Origin: Raillietiella orientalis
Lineage: Eukaryota
Assembly: GCA_036172245.1 (NCBI GenBank)
Contig: JAYWIR010000014.1
Location: 2,976,001-3,040,000 of the forward strand
Length of the DNA: 64,000 nucleotides
Reading direction: 5' to 3'
Under the pieces are notes generated by a model. The model was not told the origin of the DNA. It did not search any database and saw only the letters and a program-made list of their open reading frames with translations. Below are positions 38,611-50,623 of the stretch, piece by piece. Numbering within the stretch: the stretch's first letter is position 1; the number at the start of each line of letters is the position of its first letter. Position numbers and translations under genes: made by a program.

Positions 38611-41600
38611 AGAATGCTTAATTTTCCAAATATTCGAATAGCTTTTCTTCTCTCCACGAAGCTAATTAGCATTAATATGAATTCTAAAGACACAAAAGTC
38701 TTACTCTTACACGCGGTTGCCCAAGAGAGAGATTTCTACAACCGAACAGGCGTCCTCGAGCTGTTATTTTTAACAGGAGAAAAGTTCCAAACTCTTTCAT
38801 CAAACTCATGGTTGCTCTGATACATATATGCAAGAATATTCATGGATAGTAAAAAAAAAAAATGCTCCGGATAGGGTAACGATTCATCCTCACAAGATAA
38901 ATTTGAAAAGCAGTTCGTTTTCACAAGGCTGAGAAGACGTCGGCGACAGAGCTAGAAGGCGCTAGAAAGAAGCAGCTAGCGCGCTGTGTTCTCTGTAGTA
39001 CCAGTCATCGCCGAGATCCGGGTGAAGTGAAGCTGAACAGAGAAGCAAAAGAGGCGAGTGGAACAGCTTACGTCCCAGTCCGAACGGAAGAAACGTTGGA
39101 CACGCCTTTGAAGAAGTACGTTGAGAATCGCTCATTGCTTGCGCAGTCTGTCTGGTACGGTGCGACAGTCTCGGTGTTGTTGCTCTTGAAGATTCCTTCC
39201 CAAGCTCCAAGCTTAGAGAATGAACAGATCTACTCTCTCTGAAGACGAGGAAAAAGGAGGTTGCTCCGCGTTGTTTTCTCTCCTTCCCTTTGCTAGTTGC
39301 TAAGATTTGCCCGTCCCTTGAGACATGTGACCCCGTGGGCACACACCAGTAAATATCCATCCTTGCCGTCGAGCTCGTTGTTTCCCAGTCTGGACCCTCG
39401 TTCTTACTGGAAACACCACCCGTTTCCTTGCTGACCACTGAGGTCCAAGGAGAACGAATACTCCTTTTTTGCGATGCCTTTCAAGCTGGATCTTTTGCGA
39501 AATCCGGGAGCCGAGAACAGCCCTTGTTTGTCCCAAGATACCATTTTTCGGTCGACGGGTTCTTCACGATCTTCATGGGCCGATCGTCTCGATTCCGCGT
39601 TGATTTTTCCTATGGGTTTATTTTTCGTGGACAGATTCGGCATCCTGATCCAGCGTCCTGATTTTGTGCCAGACCGTGGTGCACATGATATACACAAGTT
39701 GAGGACCTGATTCGATTTTGCTCTTCTCCAACATACCATGCCAATTTCCACCTTGTTGTGGTACAGCCTCTTTCTGTTTCTTTCTGCTGATGGAGCTAAT
39801 TGCATTTTTTTTTTTTATATGACTCCACAGTCAACGCTTTTCGGATGCTTCAGCACCAAGCGTTGCCTGGTGAGTTCCCACTTCTCCAGCGTACCGCTCC
39901 TGTTGTCATGAGGAATTTCGTCACGCCTTCCTATCAGAGAGACAATCGTTCCAGGAACTGGGGGAGTGCTGTGTTGAAAACCTAAAGTTCGCTTTTCGGT
40001 TGTCAAGATCTGTGCTCCAGAAGCATCTGTTCAACTTTTAGTGAAGCATTTTACGCTGACTGGTAAGTAAATGTACAATAATCTCTCCGTATCTTTACAA
40101 ATTTAAAAATTCTGACCGTTTACAATGGATCAAGATGGTGAGGGCAAAGAGTTCTGTTTGGATAATATGTCGCACTGTAGCAATTATTCAGAAGGTGATA
40201 GTGAGGAATGGAATTCGTTAATAAATTTGGTAATTATATGTTATAATTTAATATCATATAACATATGATGTTATTTTCATATATTATATGAGAATATGTT
40301 GCTAAGGAACGGAGTTTTACACACAGGCACTCACGCCCCCGCGAGATGGCCAAAACCAGGCCGGCATTGGCGACTCGTCAGGTCCAGCCGTCAGTGGCGA
40401 CCTCAAACATGAGCGTTAGATAGAATGTTACGATGGAATCCGTAGAAACCGATGATTTCGGATACTGCAACATGCATCAGGAATGCGGTGCACTAAGCCA
40501 GCCATAGTGGTCACAATGGATTAAGATGCATTCTTATCCATTCGGGACCACTGTTGTCAATAGCATCTTCGTATATACACAGATATATTCATTGCTCGTA
40601 ACTAGGAACTTTCATCGAAAGTAACACTAAAACGTCCGAGAATGCGGGTGCAGGGTCAGGGTGTAGCACTCGAAATAAGGTTACACTAAAAGTAAGGTCA
40701 CAGCTGTTGGGTTTTCGTCGCAATCTTGATAGGGGTATTACGGTTCGGTAAGAGGTTACCGAACTGAAATGCAAGCAATGAAATACCCCATCGACTTTGC
40801 GTTTCCATTGCTATTATTGGAAGTCACATGCTGATCACTAATTTCTTGGAAAAAGAGAAATAAACGAAGGAAATCAGTAAAACTAAAGTGAGCTACAAAG
40901 TAGACCAGGTCCAACAGCTCCAGCTCGCCGGGTTCCACAAGTTCACAGAAAGGGGGATGTGGCTCCGCGCCACAATTCGCGATGGAACGAGAAAAATGCA
41001 TTTGATGAGGAACGAATTCACAATGCACTCTGACGAAAAGAACAAAAGAAAGAAAAGAAAGAAAGAAAAAATCATTTTGATACGCAAAATGCTAACTCAA
41101 GAGCGCGTTAGAAACCAATTCACGAGAAACGGTTAGAGATGTAGAAAATGAAATATATAATAACTACAAACCAATTCCTCAACCATGTTTCCAATTTTTC
41201 GGTTTTCTGTGTTTCCTCCTCCTTTTTTGAAAGTTTGCTGAAGCGCAGCCTGGCTAGATTTGGATGTTCCGGGACTCCGGACTCCAACACGAAATGCTGG
41301 GTGTAGTTCTCATAGTAGCAGCTACTGTCACAAGTAGTCTAAAAGCAAAAGCCAACATGAGTCAATCATTAACATGCCTCTGCAGTCTCGTATTCTTTCC
41401 ATTAGAAAGTCATCAAGCATCTGACCCACGCTGGCAATACAGCGCATTTATAAAGATCAAGAGTAGGTTTCATCTCAGCATCGGAGCCTTGGCGCATGAA
41501 GCTCAGCGGCCAAAGGTGAATTACGACCCTTCAGGCCTTATACCAACTACCTTTCCTTAAAAACACTGAATCAAACGGCAGCAGTTCATCGGTTTCTGAA

Positions 41601-42539
41601 CTCATCCGTTCGAATAAGTGAAACGAGAGAGGGTGCACGTGGCAAATCAAAATCACCAAGACAGCGTGCGATATGGTGGAAAACGGGAAAATTGGGGAGT
41701 GAAAAACCTATCGGTCTGAGAAGCCGAGGACCGTATTTCGTGATTGAGAACTCGGTCGTGAGTTTATAGAATAGCTCGCAGATCTACTCCATTAGCTGGG
41801 AGAGTAGCCGACTCTGAGTTCACATCACAGAAGTTTACAGACTCTGTAAGAGAGGTTCTGTTGATTCAGAGAAATCTTTTCCGGATTCCAATCTTTCCAC
41901 AGCTGAAAGGAAAACCATGATTAACAAAAAGATTCTGACCGTGAAAATATCCTGAAGGCTTTCTCAGAGCAATAGGAGACAAAGGGCAGAGATAAAGGTT
42001 GCGCAAATAAATAAGCTGTTTGCATTGACTAGTGAAAATTCGGTGCTTACAGAAAATGACAACTGTTTGCTGCATTTGATGAAAAGAAGAAATTTCTGAC
42101 TATTTTTTCCAAATAATAGGGAGAGCAGTTAGAGCAGTTAAGTTTCCTCGGGATGCGCGCGTTATTCGAATTGACTCTGCGTAGAGAGTAAATCAAACAC
42201 TGGTCGTGCGTTGTCAGGGGTGAAAAAGAGATGTCGCTCCCACTCTGAATCTCGCACGCTCATTTGTTAAGCCAGAGTCTTGCTGCATGCTTTTTGGTCC
42301 CGCTAATACCCTACCCGGATGTAGAAAGTGGATCAAACTGTGCTGGAACAGCAGCTCCCATCCCATGTACGGCATACACATACACAGAACAGAACTTGTC
42401 TTCGCCGGTAATCTTTGAGAGTTGCTGTCCAGATCCATCCTCCCGGATTCCAGAAGGAGGATGAGAGCTCACGGAACAACAAACCTGGTCCGACAACAAC
42501 GTATACACAGTAGAGAACATATCCACGATCAGAATGAGA

Positions 42540-44950
42540 GGCAAGCAGGGAGACTCACTACCGGAAAAAAGAGACAACATAGGTATTTTGTTGCCGCATC
42601 TGACTGAACAATTCTTTGGCCAGAAGGACGCCAAAAAAGTTCCTTGTGAAAATCATGTATCAATCAGAGATGTAACAAATTGTTTTAACACGACTGCATG
42701 GATAAATATTCAAGAAACCTTCTTTTTTTCCTTTTTCTTTTGTACAGAACAGTCTTCTGACGGTAATTTTTCGCAACATTTCCAGTTACCCCACTGTCCA
42801 ATGACTTGTTGAACAGCTAGAAGAAAAGAAAAGCGTCACACAAATCACCGAATCTGGCAGGATCCGGTTGTTACGCTCCGAGACGAACGGTCGCATGGTA
42901 ACGCTTTCTTTCACGTATACAACGCGAGATCGCCGCCGCAAAGGAGTGAAACTACCAAAAGAATGCTGATAAGAAGTAAAGCTATCACCAAAGCTCATGG
43001 GAGATTTGTACGTGGACCCCAAGCCAACATTGATGCAAACAGTCACGTAAATGCTACAGCCTGCTTAGCAGACGTCTAAGAAACGAGCGGCATCAAGTCG
43101 GGTAATAAACTCCAGAGCTAAAGACCATCAACATCAGTCAGACCTTTTTCATTCCTGAGATTATTCTGAGGATGAAGACGACCAATGTTGCCTCAATAAG
43201 AAACTGATGTTGCTCAATAAGAACGGAAAGCGTGATAGCAACAGTAGTTTCCACACGATAAAAAGAGCATGCAATCAAGCATAAAATTTCCTGGTGAAAA
43301 TTTCGTTATCGAGTTGTGACTTCTTGATAACCAACCTGCAGTTCATCAAACAGCTCCGAACCCGAAAACTCGTCAAGAGCACGAATCGGGAAGAATTTAG
43401 ACTCTACTGCTCTCATCTTTCTTACACTGGAAATCCCAAATTTGGATCCCTCATACCGATCCCTCACGCACAATCTTTCCATTGAGCGTTATTAAATGCA
43501 TTTTGTGAGGAAACTTGAAAACCGCGGAGAGAAGACCGCTTAAGAGATAAACGACGTGTTCTTCATCTCGATAGGTTTCACGTGTGCACCTCAACACATG
43601 CAAATCGACTGTGTCCACATCACTTACTTCAATGGCAGCCTCGTGTACGTTCTCTGTACTTCGAAAACGTATCTTACTGACTGAATTTAGGTTTTCAGCA
43701 TCAGGGATGGTGAATTCTATATTGAAGGTGCAATGCACCAAGTGGAGATGTAGAATATTAGCCTGGAAAAAGAAAAAAAAAAACAAAGCAATCATCAAAG
43801 AACACCACGCAGCAGAAACAACTGCCAATGTACGGAGATGATCTCCAAAAACAATAGAAAAAACTTGGTTACTTGCTTTCTAATTTGACACTGCTAATGT
43901 ACTCACTCTCCTGATTACACTTAAACAGAAACATTACTAGCGAATTCGAATGTTTATGATGTACTCTATTGTGTACTTTTACTTCTCTAACCAGGAGACG
44001 CTTGGGAATATCCTTCACAAAGTTAAGGCTTCGTTACAACAAATGCACGCTTACAAGAAACAAATGGATAAGTTAATAATACATATGTACAATACATATA
44101 CGAAAAAAAAAAAAAGAGAGATAAGAACAGACAAAACAAAAGAACTATTCAGGGCAAAACTAAATAATTATCTGCAAACTATAAGTGTAAACTAAAATTC
44201 ACTTGACGGTAAAGGATGAAACGCACATTTTTAGTTGCAAACCATCCAAAGTTTACAGAATTCACTTAAGAGTTTAAGTACTTTATAAACAAATGCTAAC
44301 TGTGTGCAGACATATCATGACACATGCTCATGTATGGCAGAGAAATAACATACAACGCACGTTTATAACTACTACATAACAAACATCACTAAAAAAACAT
44401 TTGAATACTGTCTTAAGAGAAATATATACAGTTGGTACTTCATAGGCACATAGTGAAAGTGCTTCATAAGTGTGGTAAACTGTAAGAACTTGAGGTGAAA
44501 GGACAATATTCGAGTAATGAGAAGTCTCAGTGCACTAAAGAATGCAGGAGACCTTGTCAACAGAAAAGAGAATTCCTTGCTTGGCCTTCCTCGGTGCTTG
44601 TGTGGCACTTCATCTAAACCATCTGCCATATTTTTTTTCTTTTTTTCACAGCAGTGGGCTTGGCCAAGAACCTTCGAGGGTGCCATGTTCAACATCCACA
44701 CAGTCCAACAGGTACCCGTTACCGTTCCACATCTTGAAAAATTTCGTTGTGCCAATGTTTACTGCTGCCGCAATAGTCTTTGGCTCAACATTACAAAGAT
44801 CAGCATAAGAATTCAAACCATGAAAACAACACACACTCATACGATAATCAAACATTTGTAAAACAACCATTTGGTATCCGTAAGAATGTATAATCGCATC
44901 TTCAACCAATAGCTGTTTGTGTAACCACGAAGGGATCACCGACCTAACCA
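42540..44950 (-). pseudogene. Doublecortin (DCX)-domain multi-exon gene, apparently disrupted
   Basis: Segment 43762-43457 has a strong acceptor and a GTATGA donor and encodes SKIRFRSTENVHEAAIEV..RETYRDEEHVVYLLSGLLSAVFKFPHKMHLITLNGKIV, resembling DCX KKVRFYRNGD..RFRSFDALLADLTRSL..LPQGVRYIYTIDG. A second unit (VQQVIGQ / ITVRRLFC) lies near 42.8 kb and a DCX/KHA-like WNGNGYLLD near 44.7 kb. Frameshifts or stops are needed to join them. Confidence 0.4.
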
Positions 44951-45299
44951 AAAACAGTCAAAAGGAAGAATAAAAACACTTTGCTGAATTCACATCCCAA
45001 GGTCAACTACTTTGGGTGAAATATGTACAAGTTAAAATGAAGCATACACGACAGGAAAACTTCTCTGCTCCACAACTTTTCCTTATTACAAGCACCATCA
45101 GTACCTTAATAAAAATGATCTCGATGATAACTAGATACCAAGAGTCTCTAAAACACAAAAGAAAACAAGGTACTGTCATTATTCGGGTCATGCTAAAAGA
45201 GCTTAAAATAATGGAGTTCTGATTACCTAAAAATTTGAAATCAAGAATATTTTCCTTTAAATCCGAATTTTGATCCCTTTAAGGCAGACATAAACTTGA

Positions 45300-45950
45300 G
45301 CAACACCTAATATTAGTCAGAAATCACATGGATACCTTTATCTAGTCATCACACTTTTCGCTTAAATGAGGACGGCAAAAATCTCCAGCACACCCAATTT
45401 CCTAATAGCTGTATGAGATAATCCTATCTGACCACTGGTCTTCATTTCCAAAATCTGTCACATAATTATTTTGATGCTGAAGCATTCTATCTTGTTCTCA
45501 GGCATGCAGAGATTAACCGAAACAGTGTGGATAGTTTTCCAACGAACAAGGACCACGTCCCAAAACTTGATCACCATCCTGAAAGCATACCATCTTCGAT
45601 GCAAACGCATCCTCCTGTTTTACTCTGCCGCGGATTCCCGATTCTCATGAAATTCCTACGGGCGAAGAAGCTGGAGCGAGGGGGGAAAAATATGAAAGAG
45701 GTCTCAAGCATGAACGAATTGCCAAAGGAGAAGCACTCGTGTTCAGAAACGAAGTATTTCTTGATACACCAAGTACCAAGTACACTAAACTTGAATTGCC
45801 AACAATTCCACTCAGCTGTCACTGATAATGGCAACCAACATCTGGATCCGAGATGCTGTGAGATTTAACAATTATGAAACGTAAGAGAAAAAAGCTAGGC
45901 AATGCAAAAGCAGGTTCATGCCGAGCTGCATTATCATCATGAAACCTTGT
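45300..45950 (-). mobile_element. Very decayed mariner-like fragments
   Basis: FHDDNAARH..IIVKSHSISDPD (HDNA..H..PD spacing) and a separate HTH-like ESAAE*NRRM..GQIGLSHTAIRKLG. Confidence 0.3.
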
Positions 45951-46769
45951 ACTGTTCATTAATAATGCAAAATAACCAATGCGTACAGAAATTCCAAAAC
46001 AGGAACGATTAGAATATATAGAAACATTAATTTTTCTGAAATCCAGATCGCAACAGCCACGAGTACCAAGGTATATCTGGCTATGGTATATCAGTAAATT
46101 TCTTGACTGCAGCACATTGGGGGAATAAAGCCAATCCAAAGAAAACAATACATCCAAAGACAGGAAAATCAAAGGAGTCAATCAGCAGTCAAAAATTGAG
46201 GTTCACAGGGGTATACAATAACATACAGGCATGCGTGTACTAAAGCGGCGATATCGTCTCCTAGACAAATCCTGGACACTCCGTAATTCAAAAGCATTTC
46301 GATAGGGAAAAAAGGATTTTCTTTTTTTTGAAGGCCTTAATTTATCAAAGTGATACCAAGGGATCTAGAAACGTGCACCGTGATACTAAATTCCATTCCA
46401 ATAGTCATATAGATACTGATAGAATACGTCGAGCTTTCTTATAGAAATTATGGAATACATTGGGGAGGTATCAAAAAATTTCAAACAATATTCATCATAA
46501 AAGACATAAAACCTCGATTACATAACGTTTTACAAAACAGGGAAGCCACCTTAAAGACTTCCTCTCCTCTATTTCGGTCATGCCTTAAGCAGTTTTCAGT
46601 GTGCTTTCCGTACATAGCTGGTTCACTGCATCACTGTACTAAACCTGTGACGAGATATATAAGCTCTTATTTAAAACAGGAAGAATAACCAAACACACGA
46701 GTTAGTCGCATCATTCATTAATCTGAAGTGAAGATCGAAGAGATGGACTATACTGTACGCATTTCGAAT

Positions 46770-47530
46770 CAGTACGCTTCAAACTGGGATGCTTTCAAGC
46801 TATTTTGCAGGCCGAAAGTGCCAAGCGACTTCAGATGATACTTCAGGAAGCTGCTTGCGTTGGATAACTGCAAAATCGGATTACTTTGGGGCCAAAAGGA
46901 AAAGCTTTGGTATGCTTCGTGAAAATTCTCGATGACTTGCTGTAATCCGTCAAAACTGTATAGAACGGAAAATCTTTTCGAGTTTGCATGTAGCCATCGG
47001 GAACTTTCCAGCAGCAACAATCAGTGTTACCAAATTCTTTATCACATTATATTTGTATTTAATTCGGTGTGGTCTTCCCTTCGTGGATCAAGCGCAAGTA
47101 CGACGCAATGGAACGTTTTTTGTCGAATTTAGTTATAAGACATTCTGGTACAGTGAGATGCATCTGCTCACCTTTGTCTCTGTTGCATATGGTAATCAAA
47201 ATCCAAAGCACCACGTCTGTATAAACTACGTTTGTACACACGCATTTATCAGTTTACTGTTGTCGGCATTTCTATACACGAAGAAACACTGCTCTAAGCA
47301 GATGCGGAAGGATTCTAAGGGATCTGGACAAAATTTCAGCCCTTCTGGAGTTCAGGACTTGGATCATTGCAAACAGTTCATGTGTGTAGTTCATCTGTTC
47401 ATCGGCAGGCTGTTAATAGCAGGATACACAGTTATTTCGCAACGATTTTGTCTCAATAAGTTTGGCGACCAGACAGATCGACTGTGCTTGACTCTGCCTA
47501 CTCTACTCAAAAAGGCAGGAAATTAAAAAC
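46770..47530 (-). mobile_element. Decayed maT/Tc1-type (DD37D-like) transposase
   Basis: VPECLITKF..IHEGK (VP.V..TKFP..VSSEG) and IENF..SFWPQSNPILQ..NSLKA (FWPPNSPDLN..DSLKA). Confidence 0.5.
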
Positions 47531-50500
47531 CCCGGAACGCCACTTCTTGCCTGGAGCATTCTTTTGCGCACTACAAATCAAAGAAGGAAAACTGAATTCC
47601 ATGCAAGTCGCAAAGTAATTTTTGTTTACCCCTTAAATAAATGGGATAAGGAAAAGTAACACGCAGTAATAATTTTTCGCACTGTGACAGAGGAATGAAT
47701 TACATGTCCTATAGTTCGTATTTTATTCAATAAAGTTCAAGCTTACATTGATACATTACCTTCTATGGGCTCACTTGTCATGGTGTTTTTAAATAAGCTA
47801 TATTGGATACTTGGTTGCCTAATGTTTGCTGTTTTATTAAACAGCATATACCTACATAATCTTTCATCTCTTCCAAATAAATTTGGCGTCATTACTTATT
47901 CCAAATTTATGTTTATATGCATTTCTCTGTTACGTTACTAACATTCCTTATCCAAAAAACTCATTCAAGAAAATGCTTCTAGTGCATGTAATGAAATTGC
48001 ATTAAGGAGCCATATCATTTGGATTCTCTTGATTGGCTCTTTTCTTGAATCCTCCATATGAAAACCAAAGAAATCGAGAATCCCATTAAGTTGACTATGT
48101 CAAAACGGCTCAAAACAATTTGCACTGATTCTAATATTTGTTTAAATTGCAAAGCACACACACACACACAGATACCAAAATTTCCTAACATGCGCTTGCA
48201 GAAAACTCAAAAAAGAATCTATTCATCCATTATATTTCCTTACATTTCATTGAGTACATTGCCACACTACTCAGCATTTGTAAGAAAAAAAAAACATTGA
48301 AACACTTTAATACATGTGGGGTGAGTATGGTGCAGGTGGTTTTGGTAAACATTTACCATCAGCATGATGAAGTCATGCAACAGCAAACAGAATGACATTA
48401 TCAAACCTACAGCAAAACCAGTTGCCAATAAACAACTGAAAAACTCACAAGGAAAACAGATACAGATATATATAACCAATATATATAACTTCAAATATTA
48501 CAATCCCTTGACACTGATACTTATTGGAGAAAATGTTTATTCAGAAATAAAAGCTACCTTAGAAACAACATGGTTACCTAATCAGAGATATACACAAATA
48601 TTGAAATTAGATAATGTTAATCAAAAGTAGGTACACTGAAAATATGAGATTCTTGCAAACACATAATCCCATTTGTAGTTCTACATTTTTATACACACGT
48701 AAGCTCATAAAATGCTGAAAACTGTGAAAAAAATATGCAAAACTTCAGATATAACTGACCATCATCATTAAGCTTGAAAATGTCAATTTATTTTCTATCA
48801 TTTAGAATTATTCCAGCAAATTTTAAATCGTACAAAATGAAAATCCAATTTGCATGCTGTCTCGACTTGCCTTCTCAGAATACAGAAAATCATTTTGTGG
48901 TTCCCAAAAGACTACTTAAAACAAATTTCATAATTTGTATGTGTCAATAATTTACACATTCATGCCATTCTTTACACATTTACATTTGCTGGCTGCAAAT
49001 CCTACATGACAGGTATGTAATTCTATATGACAGGTATGATTTGAGGCCACCAGGTAAATGATATTATAGGAAAATGACATTATGAGTAACTTTCTACACC
49101 TTAGTGCTGAGGAACAGCATTATGAACAGGGGCATTTAGACAAGCTGGAAATATAAATGAATGCAGCAATTGATAAATTATATTTATTTATGCTTAAACA
49201 ATCCGTAAAAGTTGGTAATGTTCAAAAACAGTCCTTAAAGACTAAAAATATAAACTAGAACACCTCAATATATATAAAACAGGCAGTAATACCATAAATT
49301 TCATAAATCACATACATATAAAAAATGTCGATAATTTCATAACGTAAAAAATGATGTAAGTTTGACTCTATTTATTGCTTTCAGATACATCTGCCATTTA
49401 CTTTTGCTTTACAAAATCTACAAGGCCTTGTGGAAGCACATGAGTTTCCAGATGATCTTTCATAAAAATTCTTTGCATATATTTGTTAACCTCGCTGTTC
49501 AAAAAAGATAAACGCTATTGAACAAAACTTACCATGCAAAAAACTGTGGCACTCTTAATGGAATGATTAAGCAAACACATTCGAGGCATTCGCGAAATAT
49601 TTATACTACATTCATTAACGCACCTGGCCGGTATGTGTTTTATTAAAAGGGGCGAAATAAATTGCCAGCATTTACGAGAATCGACTCGCTCGGTAGTCAA
49701 ATGGAGTGGAATGCTCCTGGCCGATTTTACAACGAAATAAAAAAGATTTGGGAATGAAATGCCATTGGATTCGTATTTCGGTGCGCATAAGTGCACAGCA
49801 TTGCAACTATCGACAAACCCAACTCGGAAACAATTAGAGTGTTGCAATTCATTTGCATTTTCATCTGCTCCAAGAACTACCAGCTGACTTTCCAGGGAAA
49901 ATTTTATGGAACGTCCACTGTAGTTAATAAGTGCACACCAAAAAGGAAAAAATGCAGATGAAGAATATAGGACGTGGGGGGGGGTACACGAAAATTATGA
50001 AATATTCTTCTGATGATCGCATGTATTGACAGTTCTCCAAGTAAATACTCATCTTTTAATTTCCAATTTAGGAGATGTTGCATCAAAGCTATAAAAGTCT
50101 CATTAGCGAATCTTATCTGGATATACCCTAGAATCTTATCTAGGAAACAGAGATACGATAAATATCTTCTCATGTACATGGAGATTTGGATTATAGGGCA
50201 AGTCAGTTTTTTAATCTAATGATAATTTTTGCTATCAATTTTTCATTTACGATGATTGCCTTCTGAAGAACAGTGGAAACTAGTTGGAAACTTGTACGCT
50301 CAATAGCCAGTTAATTTTTGTCATACTCCAAGTAAGCAGTGGTATTTGCATGCATCATAAGCATATTAAGTGTGAGTGGGTTTTACAGAAAATGTTAATA
50401 TGTATGCATGAATCACTATCCTACAGGACACAGCTTTAAAAAAAACGACTCCGTACTCCTGACTGATTTTAGATATTCTCATCATCTTTATTTTATTTTA

Positions 50501-50623
50501 AAAGAGTTTTTCTCTTATCATGATTTGGCAATCAATTCCAATTTTCGGAACCCTGCATGTATTCGCGAGAGCTCCAGAGAATTCGTGCTTTGGTCCTGCA
50601 AAAGTCTCTTTATATTATATTAA

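Noticed and set aside
40359..40410. GGCCGGCAT..GTCCAGCC resembles the start of an HDV ribozyme
   Set aside because: The 3' strand of P1 and the P3/L3 and J4/2 elements are not found.
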